This document shows positions 26,841 through 39,379 of a stretch of 64,000 bases of DNA, in pieces (the stretch's first letter is position 1; each line of letters opens with the position of its first letter). The position numbers and the translations under genes are program-made. The notes beneath the pieces are model-generated. The model worked only from the letters and a program-made list of their open reading frames with translations. It did no database searches and had not been told where the DNA came from. This DNA is from Octopus sinensis. Its lineage: Eukaryota. The DNA lies in the NCBI RefSeq assembly GCF_006345805.1, contig NC_043004.1, forward strand, positions 87,544,001 through 87,608,000, in the 5' to 3' direction.

Positions 26841-28086
26841 TTGGGTCATCCCATAAACAATGCAGGTTTTTTCAAATGCATGAACTAAAAGTCAGAGGGA
26901 GACAGGATAAACTATCTGCATAAACTTGCTATGAAAGCAGGCAGTAATTTTACCTTGTGCTTATTTTTAGTGCAAGTTTTGAAGAATGCCGTTTGATTTT
27001 AACAGTTATTTTTTCAAAGCTATAATGAAAGCGACAAAGAGGCATATTCGGTATATTTTGCTTATGAATTCAATAAAGACACCAACACAAAGGAAAGTGC
27101 AAGGAATTTTAATACAGTATATGTCGATCAGACAATAAGCGTAAGCCAGTGCCAACAGTGGTTCTAGAAATTCTGAGCCAGAATCTACAGCCTAGAAGAT
27201 GAGCCTCATCCTGGAAGAATGATAGAGCTCAATGAGGACGTCCTGCAAACCCTGGTGGGGCAAAATCCCATCGTAACGCTGAGGAACTAGCAGAGAAGCT
27301 TGGATTTGGTTATTCAACCATTCAGCAACATTGGGTCAATGGAATCCTCAGAAACTTTCTGAGTCTAATCACGTGCAGAGAGTGAATGTGTGTTCTTTGC
27401 TGTCATGTCTTATGAATGAACCTTTTTTGGACCAAATAGTGACTGATGACAAGAAATGGGTTCTTTATAAAAATGTCAAGCACCGGAGATAGTGGGTAGG
27501 GAAAGGAGAAACACTGACAACCCAGGTTAAAGAAGGTCTTCACCTATATATGGTGTTGTTATTTGTTTGGTGGGATAGGAAAGGTTTAGTCCATTTTGAA
27601 CTTTTAAACCCAAGCCAAACAATAATAAAGGAGATCTACTGTGAGCAGCCTCAGTGGCTTAAGTCAGCGCTAGAAGAAAAACATCCATCTTTGGTTTCAA
27701 GATGAAAGGTGTTCTTCCATTAGGATAATGCTCGGCCACATACAGCGAGGATGACATTCCAAAGGCTGGAACAGTTTGAATGAGAAACGATCACTCACCC
27801 ACCATATTTGCCAGACATTGCCCCATCTGATTATCATTTATTCTGCAGATTTCAAAATCATTTGGACAGAAAAAATATGAATTCTGTAAATGAGGTCAGA
27901 ACAGTACTGGAGGAGTATTTTTCATCATGGACAAGTGAATTTTGGAAGAGGGACCTTGCAAGTCTACCAGATAAATGGAGAGCATTGTTGAAAATGAAGG
28001 AGAGTATATTTTAGATTAAAAAAGAACTTTATCTTAGTTTTGAAAAATAAAAGATAAAAAACTGCATTATTTACGGAATGACCCAA
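26841..28086 (+). mobile_element. Full-length decayed mariner element (D,D34D), 1246 bp
   Basis: TIRs ttgggtcatcccataaacaatgcag / ctgcattatttacggaatgacccaa, flanked by TA at 26839-26840 and 28087-28088. Confidence 0.95.
27025..28014 (+). pseudogene. Mariner transposase pseudogene
   Basis: ATG 27025 MKATKRHIRYILL; motifs TDDKKW (for TGDEKW), FH*DNARPH and PYLPDIAPSDYHLF. Exactly 34 codons between the second and third catalytic Asp. Stops and frameshifts present. Confidence 0.93.
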
Positions 28087-28685
28087 TACAAAAATATTTT
28101 TAATTGGAAGCATTAATATTTTCAATTGGAAATATTAATAAAAATAATATAAGTTTAGATCCAAAATTGCAAATATAAGCTACTGACATTGCAAACGGTA
28201 CAGATTATTTATAGGTCAAAGTCTAAAAAAAAAAGTAAAAACAAACAGAATAATTTTCTGTATAAGTCTCGGTAAGTGATTTGATTAATGATTGAAACTA
28301 AAACTTACCTTGTGATAGGGCTAGATGATCCACTTAATAACAGATATACTGTGATAATTACATCTATTTCCTTTTTCCACAACTGTGTGTGTGCATGTGC
28401 TTGCAAGTGTGTGTTTATATATATATATATATATATATATACAAAAAGACCTGCACAATGATTTGTTTATAGTGATTAAATGTATGTGTCATACATTAGC
28501 TCACTCCCTCCATTGAATTGACGTTGCCTGAACCAGTGCATGATGTACTACATGTCAGGTATCAAAGTGATCACAGGGTAATATGAGATGAATTTTTTAC
28601 TCAAGAACACAACATACCACCCAGTCAAGGAATTGAAATGCAATTGTGAGTGCAAACCCCAACCACAAGGTTATATATATATATA

Positions 28686-30380
28686 TGTCATGGAGAGGGT
28701 CATAGCCCAACTAATTAAAGAGACAGTTAATTTAGGTGAGATGCAGTTTGGGTTTGTGCTAGGGAGAAGCATCACTGATGCAATATTTCTGGTAAAACAG
28801 CTGCAGGAGAAATTCCTAGCCAAAGATAAACCTTTGTACTTAGCTTTCATTGACATGGAGAAAGCTATTGACAGGGTCCCCTGATCCATTATTTGGTGTC
28901 ACTGCAGAAACTAGGGATAAATGAGTGGTTGGTGAGAGTTGTACAAGCCATGTACAGGGATGCTGTCAGTAAGGTGAGGGTTGGCAATGAGTGTAGTGAA
29001 GAATTCCAGGTAGAAGTAGGGGCTCACCCAGGATCAGTCCTCAGCCCCTTCTTATGCCAGGCAATAACAGTGGAATTCAAGATAGGTTGCCCCTGGGAGC
29101 TCCTCTATGCTAATAGCCTTGCTCTAATAGAGAAGAAGTTTCAGGTGTGGAAGCAAGGTCTAGAATCAAAGGGCTGTAGAATCAGTCTCACAAAAACCAA
29201 AGTCTTACTAAATAGGAAAGCAGACAAATCACAAACCCCTTCACGTAGATGGCCTTGGTCAATGTGTAGAAAAGTCATAGGTAGAAACTCCATAAAGTGT
29301 ATCCAGTGTAAGCTATGGGCACATAAGAGGTGCAGCAATATCAAAGGAAGGTTAACTGGGAAGATAATTTTTGTGTGTGGCAGATGCACAGGGGTAATAA
29401 ACCCAAAGATGTACAGAAAACAGATTCCATCACATGCCTGAGAAAAAAACTAGAAGTAGTTGATAGTTTCTGTTACCTAGGTGGCCAAGTCAGTATTGGG
29501 AGCAGATGCTCTAAGAGTGTAGCTGTTAGAATGAGAATAGGCTGGGCAAAGTTCAGAGAGCTCCTACCTCTGCTGGTAACAAAGGGCCTCTTGCTCAGAG
29601 GGAAAGGTAGACTGTATGATACAAGCGTGTGAATAGCCATGCTACATGGCAGTGAAACATGGGCCTTGACTGCTGAAGACATGCGTAGGCTTGAAAGAAA
29701 TTAAGTTAGTATGCTCTGCTGGATGTGTAATGTCAATGTGCATATATGACAGAGTATAAGCATCCTGAGAGATAAGTTGGATATAAGAAGCATCAGATGT
29801 GGTGTGCAAGAGAGACGAGTGTATTGGTATGGTCATGTGTTGTGTACGGATGAGGACAGCTGTGTTAAGTGTCACACCCTAAAAGTGGAGGGAACCTGCT
29901 GAAGAGGCAATGACAAGCGACCAAGACCTTTGGAGATATGCTGTGCTTGAGAAGGCCCAGCAAGCCATGTGAGATCATAGCCGTGGCCAATGCCAGTGTT
30001 ACACAACTGGCCCGTTTAAAAGTACCCTTCAATCATCGGGCAATATGCTATGCTTGAGAAGAACAGTTAGGTCAAGAGATACTGTAGTTGTGGCTGATGT
30101 CAGTGCCGCCCAACTGGCACTCATGCTGGTAGCACGTAAAAAGCACCATTCAAGCATGGTTGATGCCAGTGCCACCTGACTGGCACCCGTGCTGGTGGCA
30201 TGTAGAAAGCACCATTTCAGTATGGTTGATGCCAGTGCTGCCTGACTGGCCCCCTTGCTAGTGGCATGTAAAAAGCACCCACTATAGTCTCAGAGTGGTT
30301 GGCAGCCTCCTGGCTTGTTAGTCTTTACTCAAATCAACCAACCCATCCCAGCATGGAAAGTGGACATTTAAACGATGATG
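28686..30380 (+). mobile_element. 5'-truncated RTE-clade LINE (RT, PHD-like insert, 3' UTR array, GAT tail)
   Basis: QFGFVLGRSITDAIF..KQLQEKFL..LYLAFIDMEKAIDRVP; VGAHPGSVLSPFL; WELLYANSL (degenerate YADD); LEVVDSFCYLG; frameshifts; tail 'catggaaagtggacatttaaacgatgatg'. Confidence 0.95.
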
Positions 30381-30494
30381 TGACACACACACACATTGCT
30401 ATAAAAAAAAACATGTAAATATCACAGTATATTCGTTTTTAAATGGCTTATCTGATCTTATCTTAAGGTTAACTGTTTTAGTTTCAATGTGGCC

Positions 30495-30720
30495 TTTTGG
30501 TGTGGGTATTAGGCTTGCAACCATAAGATAGGGATTTCAATTCCTGGACCTGGGGGTGCATCACTTCATACTGCTCCAGTCTACACAGCTGAAAATGAGT
30601 ACTGTCCTAGTTCTGGTACAGCCCCTCTTTCTCTTCAGCTGTCACATCCTAGATGGTTTGCTAGATCAAGGTGATAAGAGTCTATGTCTGCTCATGACTA
30701 CATAGGCACCTAAAAAGTAT
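30495..30720 (+). mobile_element. SINE family C copy, degenerate
   Basis: Similar to 22036-22354 ('tgctccagtctacacagctgaaaatgagtact'). Confidence 0.55.
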
Positions 30721-30767
30721 GATACAAAGCCATACTTGCTTGCAAGTAATGGATATTGTCCTCATCA

Positions 30768-31000
30768 TCATTATGTAATGTCTATTTTCCATGCTTGCAT
30801 GGGTTAGATCGTTTGACAGGAGCTGGCAAGTTGACTGCACCAAGCTCTGTTGTCCGTTTTGGCATGGTTTCTATGACTGGATGCCCTTCAAAATGCCAAC
30901 TATTTTACAGAGTGTAATAGGTGCTCTTTATATGGGACCAGCAATGGCAAGGTCACCAGGTAACTTGCAAGATAAAAGCCCCTCAATTGGGATGGGGAGT
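30768..31000 (-). mobile_element. RTE 3'-tail element
   Basis: 'catcatcattatgtaatgtctattttccatgcttgcatggg...ttttggcatggtttc...ggatgcccttc'. Confidence 0.75.
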
Positions 31001-33789
31001 AGTATTGAGAGAGATGGGTTTATACCAGTTGAGAGGTTAAAAAGTATAATAAAGAGATAGGGATAGGTGTCTTTCTGTAGAGGAGATTGCATGGCAACAC
31101 CAGTTCAAAAAGAAGGATGGAGAAAGAAATAGTGATGGAAGTATGTGGGGGTGGAGGGTACATTACCCTTAAGTTTACAGTGGAGTGGGAGGTATGTAAA
31201 TATACTGGTACAGAGGAATGGACTGGATGAGTGGGAAAGATGGAGATGTTACATGTGAGTGTGAGGAAAGATTGTTAGTGATGTGGTAGAGGTAACTGTA
31301 ACAAGTGATGATGAAATATAGGAGTGGTTCAAGGGAGGAAGAGGGCTATGGTAGGTATGTGAGGGCACTGAGAGTAATACCAGATATATGTGTTTGTGTG
31401 TGATAATGAACATCTTTTATTGCTCATTATTCACTTGACCACTGATATGCTATTTCCTTACAGTCTGTTAGAAGTCAGCCAGTTCTTATAGGACATTGGT
31501 GATTTTTGATGGCTATTTTTTTTCCTTCTTTTCTGTTATATGCACTCACTCTCATTACTTATTGTTATACCGTTTCTTCCCAGCTATAAATTATTACACA
31601 TTCTCTGTTTTACAATGGTGTTGTCATTATCTTATAATTGGTCTTTTTTCTTTTATTCTGTCCATTTTGTCTTCATTTTGCTTTTATTGCTGTACTGTTG
31701 GTATTTATTTTCTACAACCTTGACATGTTTTACCTTTTTTTTTTATCCTTTTATGTACTCTCAAATCTATTCTCACAATTCCTCTATCTTCTATATCTTA
31801 TCTCTTCAGCAATGTCAATGGACTTGGCTAGAGTTTATGACTTTATGCAAAAACTGGTTGGTGTGTTAGTGTTAGGGTTCTCTCAGCTTCATCTTTATTA
31901 ATTTTATTTTGTTTCTGAAGCTACTTAGCTGCCTTGATATCTAGTTTTCTCATGGCTGTATGGGTCATTCTGGTTGAAAATATATATTGAAAATCTGCAT
32001 ACAACATATACATACATGCATCTTTTACTTGTTTTAGTTTTGGATTCTAGCCATGCTGGGACACCACTTTGAAGGTGATACCAGGACTTATTTTTTTTAA
32101 GTCTGACACTACTGGTCTCTTTTGCTGAACTGCTAAGTTACAGGGATGTAGACAAACCAACACAGGGTGTCAAGCAGAGGAGGGGGAACTAACACAAAGA
32201 TACACAAGCAATTACATGTATTCTAGATGTTTGATATTATAAGCAACAATGAGACAAAAGAGCAACAGACTCACATATCACATATATAAACTAATTTTAT
32301 ATACTTGTTACAGGTTATAAATATCCTTTACTATAGTTGTTACTAAATATTGAGATAATAAAGATTGTATACAGGTTTTAATATTTATCCGGTGTATATT
32401 ATACACTGCAAAGTTAGTAAAATAGTTTTGCCTACAACAAATATAGTAGTAAAATAGTATGTGCTATACCTATGGCTGGACAGAGACAAGTACACTTTAC
32501 TTGATGTGTGCTAGTGCAGCTGCAATGAAATAAATACCCAAGTCTAGGTTTGTACTCCTGTTTGCTAACATGAGACAAAAAAAAAAAGGTTAACATTAAA
32601 AAATATTTGAGTCTCAACAGAAAAGAACACAAGCACTGAAAAGATTAGTTCTTTCTTTTATCCAGCATAAAAATTATGGGTTGGTAGACTGACACAACAG
32701 TCTTGTAAGGTTAATTACAAATAGCCGTACCTGTCTTTTATTATAAGGAACAGAAAATCAAGCTATATTTAATTATAATAGAATGCAAATGTTAACTGAA
32801 GGAAAACCTAATACTCTACTTTTATGAAGAAAAAAGGTTCTCTACTTTAGGCCTGAATATCTGTAAAGAAACTTTCTTGTCCAAATCCTTAAACTAGTCA
32901 AAGTTTCTTTTTTCTCAACTTGGGAAAAGAATTTTAGTCCTATTATGTTTTATGAAGTTTTTATAGGTTACATTAGCCTCAGTTGCCAGCAACTGCAATG
33001 ATAATAGAAAGAATTTGGCTTGATTGGAAAACTTCTTAACACTAACAAATCTTAACCTTAAGAAAATGTTCAGAAGAAGAATAGCAAACACATCTTATTA
33101 CCAAAACTATCGAGTTTTATACTACTATATTCATTAGCTTCTTGTCACTTTCATTGTAAATCTTCCTCAAAACCACATTAATTGCATGTACAATCATTCT
33201 TTTCAAAAACCAAAACCATAATTAACTAAATGAATTAAATTCTGCTTGTAGTCATAATGAAGGTCTTATGTAAACTACTTTTAGTAGCTACATTATGTCA
33301 GTGTTTTGACATATTACTAACAAGCTGAGATGAATACAGAATGGAACATTCCAAAAACTCCTTTGAACAGCACAAACTTAGATGAATTTGGTTCTACATT
33401 TAAAACATATGTAAAATCTGCATACACATCCTCAATAGATTAAATATAAGCTGACAAGTGTGAGTGTATGCATTCATATGTGCATGTGAATATATAAATT
33501 TGTACATGCATAAATATCCAAATATTTATAAAGTACATGAACACTTATGTATGGAAGTATTTTTGTTTAATATTCTTCTGAATTTTTTTCATTTCTTACA
33601 AGATAGTGTTAGAATTAGTGAAGAAATTCTAAAAATTGAGGTGCTTTAAAGTAAATCTAGCAAACAAAAAAAATGTTAGTAAGAAAGAGTAGGCTCTCCA
33701 GTTATCAAGTAACCATGTTTAATATACAGAAAAAAAGAAAGTAGGATCTTTATTCCGAGTACCCAATGTAAACTGTGGCTGTACAAGAA

Positions 33790-34420
33790 ATGAAGTAGGA
33801 TTACAGGCAGGCTGACAGATGAGCAGGACCAGATACATGGTAGTTAACAACAAGAACACTAATGGAATAAATTTTTTTAAGTACTCACTGGGCTCCCTGG
33901 TGGCTGTTGGCAGCTTTTGTTACATAGAGGAGCCATTTGGCAGTAAATGGTGTTCCAAAAGCATAAAAGCCAGAGCAAGAACAAAAAGGGAAAAGTTCAG
34001 GGAGAGCTACTGCTAACAAAATAGTTCTCTTTCCAAGTGAAAGACAAACTGTATGAAGTGTAATGTTCTATGGTAGAAAATCATGAGCTTTGACTGCAAA
34101 GGAGGTGCCAAGACTGGATGGAACTGAGGTGAATATCTCTACTGAATGTGAAATGTTAGTGTGCATAAAATACAGATTACAAATGAACTGAGATAAAGTT
34201 GGATTTAAGAGGAATTACCTGTAGAGTGCAGGAGAGAAGACTGAAATAGTATAAAATCTGTGAGACATGCAGAGAATGCCTAGTAATCCAAATTAAAGGA
34301 ACCTGCATAAGAGGAAGCCCAATGAAGATATGGGAAGAAGTGCTCAAACTGATCTCAGAAAGCTGAACTTCATGAAAGAGATGGCAAAAGAGTACAACAA
34401 ATGGAAAGACATTGTGCTAG
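33790..34420 (+). mobile_element. Older diverged RTE LINE fragment (post-RT region)
   Basis: Colinear similarity to 29340-29900 (e.g. 'cagcttttgttacatagagg', 'gggaaaagttcagggagagctac'). Confidence 0.6.
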
Positions 34421-36294
34421 AGATCTATTAAAAAAAATGAGGAAATTGGTGGTGATCAGATAAATGAACAAAAAGATACTGTTAGTGGTAGTAGTTGATA
34501 TTGTTGTGAGAGATAAATAACACTTTATGTAGATTTGATTACCAAGATTTGGTTTTGCAATGGGTATTTTTCTTCATTAAAAATGAAGATTGTGTATTTC
34601 AATCTAAAAAGAAATCTAAATGGCTATTGCATTTGGAATTGTGATAACAACAGCTTTGAATAGGACCTGATATTTTAAAAGGCTGTGGAGCAAGCATATC
34701 TTTCAGGAGAGGAATGCAAAGAATACACTGAGAAAAAGACTATAATAAAATGTTCCCATAATATTCACTTGAATAAACACAGAGCATAACAGCTAAAATG
34801 TTAGGACTTTCTAATCATATATTATTTTAAAATCGAGATAAATATTAAAAGCTAGAATTGAAAAAAAGAATGGGATTGTTTGTTAACACCATCTAGATAC
34901 AGTAAATTGACCTTCTATGATCCACAATATCAGTCAACAAGTGAACAACCTGATTGATTTCAGAGGCTGAGAAAATAGAGGATTCAAGTTAATGCCTTAC
35001 AGGGGCATTAGCAGAGTAGGTGAAATATCAATGATTGAAAAATTGAAATTGGTTCAATAGTTTTTGATCACTGAGAGTTCCCCTACTTATGTTTCATTGT
35101 ATATCTCCTAACTAACATCATGTGTTATTAAAACATCAATTATTTTTTCTGACCAACAAATATTATTGAATTCAAAGAGAGATATATGGTAGAAATTCTT
35201 AGCTGTGTGTGTATGTGTGTGTGTGTGTGTGCATGTATGTTTGTGTGTGTGTGTGTGTGTGTGTGTACAAACTCATGATTACTTTGCAAAACAATGGATC
35301 AGTACAAAATCTTAAAAGCATCTGTGGGTGTCTCCAATAATGTACAAATTAAACTTCATCTTATTTATGTAACATAATGGAACTAGGATTATTATTTAGA
35401 AAGGTTATCTGAGTATATAAGACAGCTGTAGTGTGCAAAGTAAAAGCCAAAAAAAAAAAAAAGTTCAGAGAGTTTTGCTTTTGATAAACATTTTGTCTGT
35501 CATTACTGAGTCAAGAAAGGAAGAAATATAAAGTTCAGAATATTAAGACATATTATCTGAGTGAATCTTTTTTCCCATTACTATTCTTATTACTACCACT
35601 GCTGCTACTGAGATTTTCCTATTTTATCAAATTATGATGAAAGATCTAATCTCTTGTAACTTAAAAAAAGTATGAAGACAATTGCTTTGGTATTGTCAGA
35701 AATGAGAAGTTAAATAAACTACTTCCTCTGGTAAAAGAAAATGTTAAAGAAGGTGAATTTTAAAAACTATGTACACATACAGATACATATAAATATATAT
35801 GTACACAAATACACAAATAGATAGAGTGATACAAACATCTTTCTTTAAATTTAATATTTAATTCTCTAGTTTTACATTAATCTTTAGATTTACCTTCATT
35901 GTAACATACAGTTGTTACTATGTTTAGAATAGAATGTATCATATTTATCAACTGTTGATCACACTTGATAACATTCCCAAATATTTTGGTACATTCATTA
36001 AACATTAAACAAATAGAAGGAATATTTTTGTATTTATCTAATGCCTTTAAGATAAGCACCCAGAAGCTAAGCCTGAAACTAGATCCAGAGTTTTGTCATA
36101 AACAGACAACCACAAGTACTAATAAGGAACAAAGGATTAAAGCTTGCAAATATTGAATTAAGATATAGTATTTCAGGTTATGGCTCTGGATTTCACTATT
36201 TTATATTAATGATCTCTTTTGAAGAATCACTTCTAAATGAAAGCCATATTTGTTAACAATTTGCACATCAAAATAACCATGGTTGCAATGAGTG

Positions 36295-36660
36295 CAACAT
36301 GTTGTGATTGAGATGCTTGCTTTACAATTATGTAGTTTAGGGTTCAATTCCACTACATTGCACCTTGTCCAAGTGTTCTTCTACTAGAGTCTGAGGCTGA
36401 CCAATGCTTTGTGAGTGAACTTGGTAGATGGAAACAGTGCAGAAGCCAATCATGTGTGTGTGTGTGTGTGTGTGTTTTCTCATCATTTGACAACTGGTAT
36501 TGGTTTGTTTACATCCCTGTAACAGTGCTTCAGCAAAAGGGGAATGATAGAATAAGCACCAAACTTAAAAATAAAAACTAGGGTCAATTTCTTTAACTAA
36601 ATACTTTGCGGTGGTATTGCAGCTTAGTCACAATCCAATAATTGAAACGAGTAAAAAAAA
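36295..36660 (+). mobile_element. SINE family A copy
   Basis: Head 'gggttcaattccactacattgcaccttgtccaagtg', (TG)n spacer and tail 'gatagaataagcacc...gaaacgagtaaaa'. Confidence 0.7.
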
Positions 36661-37210
36661 AAGGAGAAAAAATATTTAGCTCAATGAAAGAAACTGATCT
36701 TTGAAATCCAACTCAGGGAAGTGCCAAATTGTGGTAGAAAGAAGTAATTTAAAGAGATTACTACCTGCACAGACAATATATTCAAATAGGTAAAGTTATT
36801 CTCTCAGTTAACATTAAATAAAAGAACTCATCTTATCAAGTATGCTGAGGAAGCAAGCTAGATAAGGGAATTACTTGATTTGAACATATACACATACAAT
36901 ACATATGGTCAATGCAAGCTTGGTAAAAATCCTAGAAGTTATTGATAGAAATAGCATGGGAGTAGAAAAAAGTTACTATTTATAGAAATGTAAGCATAAC
37001 GCTGCTGCTAAGGATGATGGTGATGATGACAGCTCTTAAATCTTACAGCATAACATAAACAAAACAAAAACAAAAACAAACAGTGAAGTAGAGGCAAGCT
37101 AAAGAGAATGAAATATTAAGAGCATGTTTAGGCTTTACAGATGAGATAATTGTGAATTGTGTGGTACAACATTTTATTATTCAAGGTTTACAAGGTGATA
37201 AACAGACAGA

Positions 37211-37412
37211 ATTGTTTGCATGTTGGACAAAATGCTTAGCAACATTTTTTTCTGGCTCTTTATATTCTGAGTTCAAATACTGTCAAGGTTAGCTTTGCCT
37301 TTCATCCTTACAAAGTTGACAAAATAAAGAACTAGTCAAGTACTGGGCTCAATGTATTGTAATGTAATGTAAACCCCAATTGCTAGCAGTTTGCCAAAAT
37401 CTGAAACCATTA
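37211..37412 (+). mobile_element. SINE family B copy
   Basis: 'ctgagttcaaatac...ctttgcctttcatcc...tgccaaaatctgaaacc'. Confidence 0.75.
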
Positions 37413-38317
37413 TTCAAAGCTTTCTGTCAGAGAAAAATAGGCATGGTGATGAGAACTCTTAAATTTAACAGAATGCTAAAAAACAAAGAGAATTTTAAAA
37501 AAGCATGGACTAATTCAAAACAATGTGTGTGTGTGTGAAAGAGAGTGAGAGTGAGAGAAGGGGAGAGAGAGAGAAGGTAAAAGATAATTTGAAATTGTAT
37601 TTAGAAAGTAGGAAAATGTTTAATAAAAGTCTTGCTGAAAAACAGTTACTTTTTTTTAATTGCCAATATAGCTTATTGGAACATCTTTTCTGTAGGTGAA
37701 AAATCTGTATTCTCCTAATATTAAGACTTGAGGGCATGCTATGTAAATTCCATTTAAATATCAGAGTATATTAGAATAATCTATAAAATATACTTTAACT
37801 GAATTAAGCAATAAGCAACAGGTTTTTGGATAAATAATTCAATAAATCTAATAAAATTAAATAACATTTAGAGATCTGTTAATCAAATTATTTCACTTGA
37901 ATCATACAATAAATATAAAAGATATATTAAACAAATAAGACATAAAAAGATTTGGAAATTTAAATGAATATCAGCTTGATTCAATATTATTTCTATGAAA
38001 ATCAAATAAGTCCCAAGTCCAGAATTTAAAATTCCATTATGTATTACTATTGAGATCCTTTAAGATAATATAAGATTCATTATTAGCAGAATTAGTAAAG
38101 GGCATGATAATAATAATATTACAGAGGCAGCTTTTAAATGATAAGTTATGTTTTTTTCTTTCATATAAATTCTAATAGAAATTACAACTTCATAATTAAA
38201 CCACGAAAAATGAAAATGTGACTTTCATTCTTAAAATCAAAGAATTGAATGTACAAGATTTGTGGGGTCACAATGTGCCCCCCTGACAACAATAGATTAT
38301 TATTATTATCATCAAGG

Positions 38318-38526
38318 GAGTGTAGTTGCAGAATCGTTAGCATGCAAAGCATAGTGCTTAGCAGTATTTCATCCATCTTTACATTCTGAGTTCATATTCT
38401 GCTGAAGTTGACCCTTTCAGGGTTGGTGGAAAAAGTACCAGTTGAATACAGGGGTTAATGCAATTGACTAGCCTCCACCCCTAAAAAATTTCAGGCTTTG
38501 TACTTATAGTAGAAAGGATTATTATT
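38318..38526 (+). mobile_element. SINE family B copy
   Basis: 'gcagaatcgttagcatg...ctgagttc...aggctttgtacttatagtagaaaggattattatt'. Confidence 0.75.
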
Positions 38527-38848
38527 ACCTCTGCCTTAGCGAAGGTGGAGGTATTGTTTTCAGTTATGTTTGTCAGTTTGTTTGTCCATGGAGAAGATAT
38601 CTCAAGAACTTCTGGATGGATTCGGATGAAACTTTCAGGGATGTTTGGCCTCATGACTGGCACAAACTGATTAGATTTTGGGATCAATTCAGTATTGGAC
38701 AAGGATTCTGGATTATTTTTCTGGTTTTAATTTTTGAGAGTGGTCGGGTTCATTTTCAGTATTCTCATTTGTGAGAGCAGTCGAGTTTATTTCAGATATT
38801 CTCATTTTAAAAATCATTCTCCGGCTAATTGTTGAAAGGATGTTGGTG
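38527..38848 (+). mobile_element. Helentron-associated non-autonomous element (HINE/DINE-1-like)
   Basis: 5' 11-bp hairpin ACCTCTGCCTT-agcg-AAGGTGGAGGT (38527-38552), then a GTTT-type microsatellite and 'agatatctcaagaact...ggatggattcggatgaaactttcaggg'; inserted in (ATT)n. Confidence 0.6.
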
Positions 38849-38869
38849 TTGCCTTATTATTATTATTAT

Positions 38870-39089
38870 TGCAGCAAGCTTGCAGAATCATTAGCACATA
38901 GACAAAATGCTTAGAGGGATATGTTTTACTTATGTTACGAGTTCAAATGCTGCTGAGGTTGACTTTGCCTTTCATCCTTTCGAGATTGATGTAATAAGTA
39001 CCAGTTGAGCACTGGGGTTGATGTAATTGATCAGAGCCCTCCCTGAAAATTTTGGGCCTTGCACCTATAGTAGAAAGGATTATTATTAT
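38870..39089 (+). mobile_element. SINE family B copy
   Basis: 'gcagaatcattagcac...gagttcaaatgc...gactttgcctttcatcctttcgag...aagtaccagttgagcactgggg'. Confidence 0.85.
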
Positions 39090-39379
39090 TAATTACATTA
39101 TTGCTTAGAGTGAGACTTGGAACAGTTTCTATAAAACAGACACCTCATGTAACAACATGTTGGATGTTTTATTATGGGTGTTGTTTATGATTAACAATGA
39201 CATATTGTACATGAAGGAAACCCAAATCTGAGCACTAAGATTTTGTTAAATTCATAGTATCTCAGTTTTGAAAGAGTTTCAAGAGAATCAGATGTTTTCA
39301 AGTTGACAATGTTCTTTTCCGATGTGAGCAGTGCCCATGGGAACAATTTTTTGTAGTTCTGATACTTTGGAGTTAGATA

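Larger units (their letters stand above)
24471..28348 (-). other. Candidate phase-compatible small exons 28309-28348, 24723-24802 and 24471-24527 (host gene unknown)
   Basis: GT-AG sites (AAG|gtaagt, GAG|gtaaat, AAA|gtaagt; cacag|, atacag|, ctacag|); each exon has a single open frame and the phases join to YLLLSGSSSPITRRNELPILRRNQYSLRQSIVGTDMKVGGKFSFPIITKTHFAMLSVK. No homology recognised. Confidence 0.3.

Noticed and set aside
31496-31901. Three overlapping hydrophobic ORFs suggesting a membrane protein
   Set aside because: T-rich low complexity gives Phe/Leu-rich ORFs by default; no splice or homology support.
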